From the NCBI GenBank assembly GCA_918797485.1, contig CAKKNE010000006.1:1240001-1304000 (forward strand): a DNA stretch of 64,000 nucleotides. The letters run 5' to 3'. Source of the stretch: Pelagomonas calceolata. Taxonomy: Eukaryota. Each line of letters starts with the position of its first letter. Within the stretch, counting starts at the first letter, position 1. The notes below the pieces were generated by a model. The model made no database searches, was not told the DNA's origin, and was given only the letters and a program-made list of their open reading frames with translations. The translations under genes were made by a program, and so were the position numbers. Of the stretch, positions 31,853-40,211 are shown piece by piece.

Positions 31853-31981
31853 GGCGCTTTAGCTAGCGTGGCTACATACTAGTCGCGTCTAACCCAGTGG
31901 CAGAGCACCAGCCTCGTAAGCTGATATTGGACCCTAAAAGTCCACACAGTCAGGTCGAGAGTTCGATCCTCTCAAGTGCCT
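31853..31981 (+). tRNA. tRNA-Thr(CGT): tRNA-Thr(CGU) with two non-canonical BHB introns (31865-31894 at 12/13; 31926-31952 at 44/45), copy 1
   Basis: The spliced product GGCGCTT TA GCTC AGTGGCA GAGC A CCAGC CTCGTAA GCTGA TGGTC GAGAG TTCGATC CTCTC AAGTGCC T is a 72-nt cloverleaf. The B box is intact and oligo-T tracts follow immediately downstream. Confidence 0.88.
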
Positions 31982-32116
31982 GTTCTTCTTTTTGCATTTT
32001 TTTTGAACCTACACGACACCGCCCTCCTTTCTAGACAAAAACCAGCCCGAACGGGGCCCATCGAGGGTCAATAGGGCCTGTTGCGTTGTATATGGTTGGT
32101 CGACGCAGGGACCGGC

Positions 32117-33464
32117 CTAGCTAGTCCTCAGGACTTCCCCGAAGCCCGACGTGGCGTAAACAGACCCTCAACGCTCGCACCAGGCGGGTCCGGGCGTCGG
32201 ACGGCGGACGCCCTGCAAACACGAAAAACCAACCACGACGCCGCGACACGGGCTAGCCAGTCCTCAGCCCTCCGGCGTCGCGCGACCGACGGGCTAGCTA
32301 GTCCTCAGCGCTCGCACAGCGCCCGCCCTGGACCGATCTACCCAGGTACGTCTACCGGACCCGCGCGCCGAGTGACAACGAAATCCACCGTGACCCTTGT
32401 AACCCGGCTAGCCAGTCCTCAGCCCTCCGGCGACGCGCGAACGACGTGCTAGCTAGTCCTCAGCACTAAAACGTCGTCTAGTGGGATCTTACCTACTAGC
32501 ATTTTTGTGTGGCTAGCTAGTCCTCAGCACTCCGACGGTGCCCGATCGGCCTGCTAGCTAGTCCTCAGCGCTCAGACAGCGTACGCCAGACGACGGACTC
32601 CGGGCGAGCCGCGCGCGTCGTCCGCTCGATTAGGGCCTTCGATTAGGTAAAGAACACGGGGAGTTTAAACTGAATTCTACCCTCGGGGACGTCGCGGGGG
32701 CGGCCCGGGCCACGTGCACCTGGGGAGCACGCAAATGGGCCGTCACGACCTCGGGGCCCGGTTCGATGTTGCAGCGGTCGAGCGGGGCGTCGCAGAAGGG
32801 CTTGGATGGGGTTCGGCGAAGGCCGGTGTTTTTTTGTGGGAATTGACCCGCTGCACGCGGGTCAAATCGGGCTTCTCGGGTTTTTATTTTGACTTCTTCA
32901 GGGGGCGCGCATTGACCGAAGCCTCGCAACATGCGTGTTCGTACGCCTGTTTGATAGAAGAATGGCAGGACTAAATCAGGAGGGAGTATCCTCCTCGAGT
33001 TGGTGATGGCGCTTTAGCTAGCGTGGCTACATACTAGTCGCGTCTAACCCAGTGGCAGAGCACCAGCCTCGTAAGCTGATATTGGACCCTAAAAGTCCAC
33101 ACAGTCAGGTCGAGAGTTCGATCCTCTCAAGTGCCTGTTCTTCTTTTTGCATTTTTTTTGAACCTACACGACACCGCCCTCCTTTCTAGACAAAAACCAG
33201 CCCGAACGGGGCCCATCGAGGGTCAATAGGGCCTGTTGCGTTGTATATGGTTGGTCGACGCAGGGACCGGCCTAGCTAGTCCTCAGGACTTCCCCGAAGC
33301 CCGACGTGGCGTAAACAGACCCTCAACGCTCGCACCAGGCGGGTCCGGGCGTCGGACGGCGGACGCCCTGCAAACACGAAAAACCAACCACGACGCCGCG
33401 ACACGGGCTAGCCAGTCCTCAGCCCTCCGGCGTCGCGCGACCGACGGGCTAGCTAGTCCTCAGC
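32117..33464 (+). repeat. Ten copies of CTAGCYAGTCCTCAG, mostly in pairs 41 bp apart
   Basis: Copies start at 32117, 32253/32294, 32408/32449, 32513/32554, 33272 and 33408/33449. Confidence 0.9.
33008..33136 (+). tRNA. tRNA-Thr(CGT): tRNA-Thr(CGU) with two non-canonical BHB introns (33020-33049; 33081-33107), copy 2
   Basis: Identical to copy 1. Confidence 0.86.
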
Positions 33465-33549
33465 GCTCGCACAGCGCCCGCCCTGGACCGATCTACCCAG
33501 GTACGTCTACCGGACCCGCGCGCCGAGTGAAACCAAGTCCAGAAAAAAC

Positions 33550-34168
33550 TTAACCACCATCTTCATCCCCCTCCACCATCCCCTTCACGATCTCATGCAA
33601 ATCAAACACCGACGCCTCCGTCACGGCGGGCTCGGAGTCGACAACGTCCAGCACCTGCTCGTGCATCGCGAGGATGCCCTGGAGCTCGTCCTCGCCGTAG
33701 AAGCCCGCGCTCGTCGCCGGCTTGGCTGGGGCTTCGGCCGCTTCAGACAGCGCCGCGAGCCGCTCCCGCAGCTCCGACGCCGCCGTCCAGACGCGCGCGG
33801 CCGCGTCGACGTCCGCGACGCCGTCGAACTGGCGCCGCCGGCGTTCCTCCGACGTCATCGCGTTGGCGCCGAAGACCTGCGTGGCGTTCAAGTAAGACCT
33901 CTCAATATGCGTCAGGACGCCGCTCGCATACCGCGGGCTCGCCGTCGATCTCGACGGACACGCTCGGCCCCGCGCACTCGCCGTCGCAGGCGCCGCTCGT
34001 CACTTCCGCGTTCTCCGAGCTTTTGGCGAGCCCGTCCAGGGCCTGCTGCGCGTCGAACTTGGCGGTGGCGCACGCGCCGCACGTCCGGACGACGAGCCGC
34101 AGCGGCGCGAGCGCGCGGCTTTGTAGAACGAGTGCGCAGAGCCAGCAGCTGGTCCTTGTGAAGCGCAT
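33550..34168 (-). CDS. Putative plastid protein with a thioredoxin-like [2Fe-2S] Cys pattern; 2 exons (34168-33932, 33876-33550)
   Basis: Signal peptide; CGAC...CDGECAGP; a 55-nt GT-AG intron (33877-33931) joins GEPA-VFGAN in frame. Confidence 0.6.
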
Positions 34169-34357
34169 CGCGTCGATGGCGTACAGCGGTGCTCTCTTGT
34201 GCAGCTTGGCAACCAGGGCGCACGAGTGCGATGCGCGTCGCAGCGATGGGTTGTGCGGCTTGGTTGAGATCGGAACGGCACCTCGACGGCGTGCGAGGGC
34301 TTAGTTGTGCGTACGCCGCGCGTATGGTGCTATTTTGTCGTGGTAAAGCTAATGATA

Positions 34358-34381
34358 GCTAGCGGCCTGTAAGACACTAGC
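34358..34381 (+). promoter_or_regulatory. Recurrent 5'-intergenic motif (exact copy)
   Basis: Exact 24-mer upstream of the minus-strand gene starting at 34168. Confidence 0.6.
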
Positions 34382-34409
34382 GAAATACCAACACAACACT
34401 TACTGGTTC

Positions 34410-35384
34410 TCACACAACTTCGCGACCGGAGGCAGCGGCATGCGCGACGAGCTGCTTGCGCCGCGCCTCGTAGAGGACCTCCGCCACGAGGATCGCGCGC
34501 GCCTGCCGCTCGCGGCGGGGACCGTCGGTCGGGAGCGCGGCCCACACGATGTCGACGCCGAAGATCGCCGGCAGGACGCGGTCGATCTCACTTCGCGACA
34601 GGAGGGGAACGCCGTCGGCGTCGCGCGACGGCCGCTCCAGCACGAGGCGCCGGTAGCTCTCGAAGTTGTCGTAGCTTTCGCAGTAGCTGTCTCGTTCGGC
34701 CCTGGCCCACGAGACACGGGTCACCGCCAACGGGACCCGAAGGGCGGCCACGAGGTAGCGCACGAAGCCGGCGTCGACAGCGTCGGCGGCGTCGCGACGC
34801 GCCTGCTCAATAAAATTGTGTCCGCGCCACAGGGCCTGGTCGATCGCCGCGAGCTCCGCGTCCACGTCCTCCAGGGGCCCCCAGCAAAACACGCGCGGCA
34901 GCGCCGGGCGCTCGGGCATGCGCTTCACACGATAGGATTCCAGTTGCCGGTCCAAAACATCCCACAGGTAGAGCCAGTTCTTCACGCCGAGCTCCTCGCG
35001 CTTCTTCTTGAGCTCCGCGCGCTTCCAGGTATTAAATTCGTAGTTCTCTATCGCGCGGTCGCGGCCGAACCTGGCTTCCAACGCGTTCGTCGCTTTAACG
35101 AGGCCGTCTGCTAACACTTCATACACGTTTCCCAAACCGTTGATACCTTGTATGAACTCCTCGATTTGATCCGGCGACCATGCTAGTACACATTCAAGAT
35201 GTGTGCTTAGGAGTTGATGCCAACTGTCGACGCCGCAGTCCTCGCGCAAAAGCCTGACGATGCCCGCGAGGGGGTCCGCTTGATCTATGTGGAGCCGCTC
35301 GCGCACCGCTGTGATATCACCATATTTGAGAGCGTACGCTGCTTCGATCGCAGCGTACATTGCTTCGAGTGCATCGACGTTCAT
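34410..35384 (-). CDS. Uncharacterised protein, tandem paralog A
   Basis: 324-aa ORF from the ATG at 35384; its C-terminal half is nearly identical to paralog B. Confidence 0.75.
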   Translation of the reverse strand: MNVDALEAMYAAIEAAYALKYGDITAVRERLHIDQADPLAGIVRLLREDCGVDSWHQLLSTHLECVLAWSPDQIEEFIQGINGLGNVYEVLADGLVKATNALEARFGRDRAIENYEFNTWKRAELKKKREELGVKNWLYLWDVLDRQLESYRVKRMPERPALPRVFCWGPLEDVDAELAAIDQALWRGHNFIEQARRDAADAVDAGFVRYLVAALRVPLAVTRVSWARAERDSYCESYDNFESYRRLVLERPSRDADGVPLLSRSEIDRVLPAIFGVDIVWAALPTDGPRRERQARAILVAEVLYEARRKQLVAHAAASGREVV

Positions 35385-35490
35385 GGAGGCGCTTGTGAGC
35401 AGCGCAAATAGCAAGCAATCTCAGCCAGCAACGTCTAAAACCGACTACGCCGCCCGCAAACAGCGCGTCAACCTATGACCTGGCACATTA

Positions 35491-35514
35491 GCTAGCGGCC
35501 TGTAAGACACTAGC
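35491..35514 (+). promoter_or_regulatory. Recurrent 5'-intergenic motif (exact copy)
   Basis: Exact 24-mer upstream of paralog A. Confidence 0.6.
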
Positions 35515-35544
35515 GAAAAAATCCAACACAACACTTACTGGTTC

Positions 35545-36411
35545 TCACACAACTTCGCGACCGAAGGCAGCGGCATGCGCGACGAGCTGCTTGCGCCGCG
35601 CCTCGTAGAGGGCCTCCGCCACGAGGATCGCGCGCGCCTGCCGCTCGCGGCGCGGGCCGTCGATCGGGAGCGCGGCCCACACGATGTCGACGCCGAAGAT
35701 CGCCGGCAGGACGCGGTCGATCTCGCTCCGCGACAGGAGCGGAACGCCGTCGGCGTCGCGCGACGGCGGCTCCAGCACAAGGCGTCGCGCGAAGCCGTCG
35801 GCGTCGCAGTAGCTGTCTCGTTCGGCCCTGGCCCACAAAGCCGAGGTCACCGCCAACTGGGTCCGACATGCGGCCACGAGGAAGCGCACGAAGCCGGCGT
35901 CGACAGCGTCGGCCGCGTCGCGACGCGCCTGCTTAATCAAATTGTGTCCGCGCCACAGGGCCTGGTCGATCGCCGCGAGCTCCGCGTCCACGTCCTCCAG
36001 GGGCCCCCAGCAAAACACGCGCGGCAGCGCCGGGCGCTCGGGCATGCGCTTCACACAATAGTTGCGCTCCGCGCGGTGCCGGGTATTAAATTCGCAGGCT
36101 TCTTTTGCCCGTCGGGCCCCCAACCTGGCTTCGACTGCGTTCGTCACATTAACGAAGAGGTCCGCTGTCAGTTCACCAGAGTTTGCCACGAAGTCGATAC
36201 CTCGTAGGAACTCCTCGGTTTCATCCGGCGACCATGCTAGTATGTCTTCAAGATGTTCTCTTAGGAGTTGATGCCAGCTGTCGCGGCCGCAGTGCGCGCG
36301 CAGGACCCTGACGATGCCCGCGAGGGGGTCCGCTTGATCAAAGTTGAGCCACTCGAGCACCGCTGTGACATCACCCGCAGCGTACGCTGCTTTGAGTGCA
36401 TCGACGCTCAT
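35545..36411 (-). CDS. Uncharacterised protein, tandem paralog B
   Basis: 288-aa ORF from the ATG at 36411; shares VKRMPERPALPRVFCWGP... and both UTR flanks with paralog A. Confidence 0.75.
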   Translation of the reverse strand: MSVDALKAAYAAGDVTAVLEWLNFDQADPLAGIVRVLRAHCGRDSWHQLLREHLEDILAWSPDETEEFLRGIDFVANSGELTADLFVNVTNAVEARLGARRAKEACEFNTRHRAERNYCVKRMPERPALPRVFCWGPLEDVDAELAAIDQALWRGHNLIKQARRDAADAVDAGFVRFLVAACRTQLAVTSALWARAERDSYCDADGFARRLVLEPPSRDADGVPLLSRSEIDRVLPAIFGVDIVWAALPIDGPRRERQARAILVAEALYEARRKQLVAHAAAFGREVV

Positions 36412-36732
36412 GGAGGCGCTTGTGAGCAGCGCAAACAGCAAGCAATCTCAGCCAGCAACGTCTAAAACCGACTACGCACGTTAAGAGCGCGTGAGCAATG
36501 ACGCGACCGATTAGCTAGCGTCATGTAAGACACTAGGCATCTAGCCAGGATCCAAGAGTTTGGCCGCGACACGTGACGCAGCCGTAGCGCACCGGTCGGC
36601 ATTGATTCGGGAACGGGCGCGTTCCATCAGTGGATCCGACGAGCGGTAGCTGCGGCGAACGAGCCAGGTCCACAAATAAGTGCTCTCCCAAAGCCAAGAG
36701 AGAGAGCTGCACCAAAAACAGCAGCAGCCACC

Positions 36733-37436
36733 ATGCGCCGCGCGCTCGCAGTCCTAGCGACGGCCGCGGCCCTGGCGCCCGGCGCGAGGCGAGCACCACG
36801 CCTCGCGGCCTCCACGCCACTGAGGCCCTTGGCCGGCGCCGCGCTCGCCGCCGCGCTGTCGCTAGCCCCGCCGGCTAGCGCTCGGCCGCCCTCGCCGAGC
36901 GTCTGGCAGGCGTCCTACGCCGACCAGCTCCACCCCGGCTGCGAGCGGAAAATCAGCATCGAGAAGAACGGCGACCGCGTCATCGCGCACTTCGCCGGTG
37001 CGGGCGCGGCGTCCATCAAACTCAACAACGACGAGGCGTCGCGTCGATGGCGTGCGGTGGCGCCGCGCCGCCAACGCCGCGCCGCCGCGACGGGAACGCA
37101 GACGGCGTCGGTGCGTCGCTCGCGGGGCTGAGGCACGTACTCTCAAACGCCCAACGCCATCGCCGCGCCGCCTCGACACCAAAACCAAACGCAGGCACCG
37201 ACGTCGGCCCCAAGGGCATCGGCGACAAGGTCTTCCTCGCGTGCTCGCCGGACAACGTCGAGAAGTACAAGCTCCGGACCTGGGCCTTCGACGGCGAGAT
37301 CGTCGGCGACCGCATCGACGCGGGCGACGGCGTCCACGCGGGCACGTGGAACGTGAACTTCAAGGGCGCCGAGAACCCGTGGACGGGCATCCGCTGGAAG
37401 GACGGCAACCGGTGGCTCAAGCTCGAGGAGGAGTAA
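36733..37436 (+). CDS. Putative plastid/thylakoid-lumen protein; 2 exons (36733-36997, 37195-37436)
   Basis: Signal, transit and second hydrophobic segments; YADQLHPGCER...GIRWKDGNRW; intron 36998-37194 joins HFAG-TDVG. Confidence 0.7.
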
Positions 37437-37520
37437 TAAAACCTGACTGTGTATCTAAACGCGTCGCGGCGATGGCGTGCGGACGGGTCAACTGTCCAGA
37501 GAGTCGCTAAATTGCTACCA

Positions 37521-37925
37521 TTAGACGTCCTCCAGTGACGGCGGCGTTTCGCGGACGCGGAGAAACGCTCGCGCTTCTTGCAGATACTTCTCAACATCCG
37601 AGGTGAGCGGGTGCATGCCGCCAAAGACGCGCCGCGCGATTCGCCCCGCGTCCTCGAGCGTCGTCACGGCCTCGCGGAGATCGTCGAGCGTGGCGCCGCG
37701 GTCCTACGCCTCGACCGCGACCGCGACGGCCTCCTTGTATTTTTTGTCGGCGTGGTATTGCTCCGCGTTGCCGCCGCGGTGAATTAACTCGCAGATCTGC
37801 TCGTGGCCGCGTCGCCAGTGGTCCTGTTGGCAGGTGGCACTACAATATCTGGTTTCGCACCGCACACATCGCGGCGCGTCGTGGGCCAGTGGGGCGGCGC
37901 AGGCGGCGCAATTTGTGAGGATCAT
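37521..37925 (-). pseudogene. Internally deleted MYND-RINGv-TPR copy
   Basis: The MYND domain (MILTNCAAC...AVAVAVEA*) is fused at about 37704 directly to the family C-terminus (ATLDDLREAVTTLED...HP...); RINGv and most TPRs are missing. Confidence 0.85.
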
Positions 37926-38022
37926 CTTGCGTTGGCGGGGCGTCTGTAGAACGTTAGCGTCGCGCGGCGTGTTTTTTGTGAGTTGAAAAAATCGGGTTTT
38001 CCAGCCTACGCGCGACGCCTTA

Positions 38023-38130
38023 TCGCGTCGACCTCCACGCCATCGATGCGACGCCTGCTCGATGGCGTGGCGATGCCGGTTCCTCACCGCTCGACGGACG
38101 CACCCGACGCACTGGTTGATTTGTGCACAG
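38023..38130 (+). mobile_element. Truncated family A introner (one TIR left)
   Basis: Reverse-complement homology to the 28626-28770 element; ends TGATTTGTGCACAG. Confidence 0.8.
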
Positions 38131-38280
38131 GTCTGGACCGTCGACGAGGGCGCGGCGCTCCGGGCGCTGCTGTCCCGCGGCGCGGACGCGGTCTCCGTCG
38201 TGTCGAACGCGCCGTTCGCGCTCCAGGAGGAGCTCGAGGCCCTGCGTGTAGCCCAGGGGTGTAGGATAAAACACACATGA
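38131..38280 (+). pseudogene. Orphan last exon resembling a glycerophosphodiester phosphodiesterase C-terminus
   Basis: VWTVDE..ALRALLSRGADAV.VVSN.P follows an AG acceptor; there is no room for upstream exons. Confidence 0.55.
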
Positions 38281-38286
38281 ACTATC

Positions 38287-38955
38287 TTACCACTCGTCGT
38301 CCTCCTCCTGCTGCAGCCGCCGCTCCTCCGCGGCGGCCTCCTCCTCGGCGGCGAGCCGTCGTTTCTCCTTCTCCTCGGCCTGGCGCTCGGCTTCCGTCAA
38401 GGACGCCCAGCGCTCGGCCTCGGCCTCTTCGGCCTCCTTGCGCGCCTTCTCGCTCTCCTCGAGGTATATCCGGGCGGCCTCGGACGCGTCCCAGGCGGCC
38501 CTTTCATCATCATCCATCGCGTCGACGCGTTCCTGCTCCAGCGCCTTCTCCTCGGCCACGAGCTTCTGCGCCGCCTCGAGCAACGGCTTCTTCTCCTCGA
38601 TAACAGCTTCGATGGAGTCCATTTTCGCATTCATCTGTTCTACCGTTCTATAATATTCGTCCTTATCTTCATACATCTTCCTATTCCTTTCCTTCAGTTT
38701 GTTGACAAGTACTTGTATCTCCTGCTGCTGTTCGAAGAGTTGCTCCCACGACGGCGGGTCGTCTCGCGAAATCCCTTCGACCTCCGTGGGCATCTCGGGC
38801 ATCTTCTTGAACAGCTCCTCGTGGGCGTCTTTCAAACGCTGCATGGCCTCCTGGCGCTTCGCTTTGAGCGCTTTGTACTTGTCATCGTCTATCAGGAAGT
38901 TGGGCAGCTCCCCGCCAAAAATCTCGACTTCGTTTTTGGCCTCCTCGGCGGCCAT
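38287..38955 (-). CDS. Acidic coiled-coil protein
   Basis: E/K/A-rich ORF from the ATG at 38955. Confidence 0.7.
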   Translation of the reverse strand: MAAEEAKNEVEIFGGELPNFLIDDDKYKALKAKRQEAMQRLKDAHEELFKKMPEMPTEVEGISRDDPPSWEQLFEQQQEIQVLVNKLKERNRKMYEDKDEYYRTVEQMNAKMDSIEAVIEEKKPLLEAAQKLVAEEKALEQERVDAMDDDERAAWDASEAARIYLEESEKARKEAEEAEAERWASLTEAERQAEEKEKRRLAAEEEAAAEERRLQQEEDDEW

Positions 38956-39124
38956 GGCGCATCGACGGCGTCTTGCGGGGGCTGCCTCGGCCAGTCCTTC
39001 GGCTGCCTTCCAAGCGTTCAGCCGAGCAACGCTGCAGCTTGCTTGTGGCATAGACATACTAGGGAGCCGCGGCCATTGATCGATTCAGGGGCTTGCAGTC
39101 AAGGGGGCAGCCCAAAAACTCACC

Positions 39125-40168
39125 ATGAACACCCTCCCCGACGACCTTCTGTGTCGCTGCCTCGCGCGCGTACCGCTGGCCGATCGCGTACCTGCGGAGC
39201 GCGTCTGTAAGGGCTGGTACGAGGCCTTCGCCTCACGTGCGTACACGGTCGCGCGCCGCGCGTGCGCCGAGCCCGCGTGGCTCGTGAAGGGAGGTCGGGA
39301 AGGAGCGACCGGTGGAGTATTGGATAAATGCCATATGCTCGACAGCTCGCTTCGAAAAGTGGCCGAGCTGGCACCGCGCCTCTCATACAGTACGGGCTCC
39401 GCCGTGATACCCGGTCTCGGCGTCTTAGTGATGGGAGGCTATGGCGGGGCCTATCAACCTACAGCCACGGGCTGGGTGCTCGACCTGCAAGCGGGGTCAA
39501 CGTGGCGACATTGGGCCGACCTGCCGGCGCCCTGTGGGAGGCCGTCCCTTTGTGCTCTGGGCGAATCGATTTATGTGGATTGCTGCTATAACATGCATAG
39601 CGATGACGCCCAGAGTGAATTATTGCGATATGACAAGCAGGGAAACCTGCTAGAGACAATCCAGAAGCCCGACGCCATTCGTCGGCCCCTTGGTGATGCT
39701 CCTGTCCTGTGCGCAATTAATGGTCGTCTGTTCGTAATGACTCAAGTTGATGCGGATCTTCCAAGTTATCGCATGGATAGTTATGATCCTGCCACTGGCG
39801 CGTGGCAGCGTATGCCTGATCCTCTGCTCCAAGCCTACGGGTTGAATGCTGGAGCTGCAGCGCACGCTGGAAAGCTTTATAGCATTGGTGGCCTTGTCTA
39901 TACAGATACGATGGTCAGACAGGATATAGCTGACGTGCGGGTGTTCGACGGCCAGGAGTGGTCGACTGGACCGCCCCTCCCTACTCCTGAGTACTGCGAC
40001 GTCGTGGTCTCTGCCGGGGACCGCATCTTTGCCGTGGTCGATAACTTCAGAAGGGCGTACGTGCTGCACGACGGCACGTGGCACTCCCACTCTTGTGAAG
40101 AGACGGAACTCATAGCTTTCCCCTTTGTAGTCCCTATCGGATCTGCGGTCGCGGGCCACATCGCCTAA
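39125..40168 (+). CDS. F-box/Kelch-repeat protein
   Basis: LPDDLLCRCLARVP...VCKGW F-box; GG...YDP...W kelch blades. Confidence 0.88.
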   Translation: MNTLPDDLLCRCLARVPLADRVPAERVCKGWYEAFASRAYTVARRACAEPAWLVKGGREGATGGVLDKCHMLDSSLRKVAELAPRLSYSTGSAVIPGLGVLVMGGYGGAYQPTATGWVLDLQAGSTWRHWADLPAPCGRPSLCALGESIYVDCCYNMHSDDAQSELLRYDKQGNLLETIQKPDAIRRPLGDAPVLCAINGRLFVMTQVDADLPSYRMDSYDPATGAWQRMPDPLLQAYGLNAGAAAHAGKLYSIGGLVYTDTMVRQDIADVRVFDGQEWSTGPPLPTPEYCDVVVSAGDRIFAVVDNFRRAYVLHDGTWHSHSCEETELIAFPFVVPIGSAVAGHIA

Positions 40169-40211
40169 CGTGAGACTTGGTTATGTACTTACTTAATGGG
40201 GATGGACAGGA

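Larger units (their letters stand above)
31612..33530 (+). repeat. 764-bp direct duplication (31612-32375, 32767-33530; period 1155 bp) carrying the tRNA gene
   Basis: The copies look identical by eye, and the duplicated spurious ORFs in the track are offset by 1155 bp. Confidence 0.93.

Noticed and set aside
32253..32570. CRISPR-like repeat/spacer appearance
   Set aside because: The repeat is only 15-16 bp, the spacers are related to each other, spacing between pairs is irregular, there are no cas genes and the context is eukaryotic.
31271..33553. ORFs 31271-31777, 32081-32452, 32630-32932 and 33236-33553
   Set aside because: They use non-ATG starts, have no domain signal, and arise from the duplicated non-coding cassette. 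Only the HAS1 exon 1 part is real.
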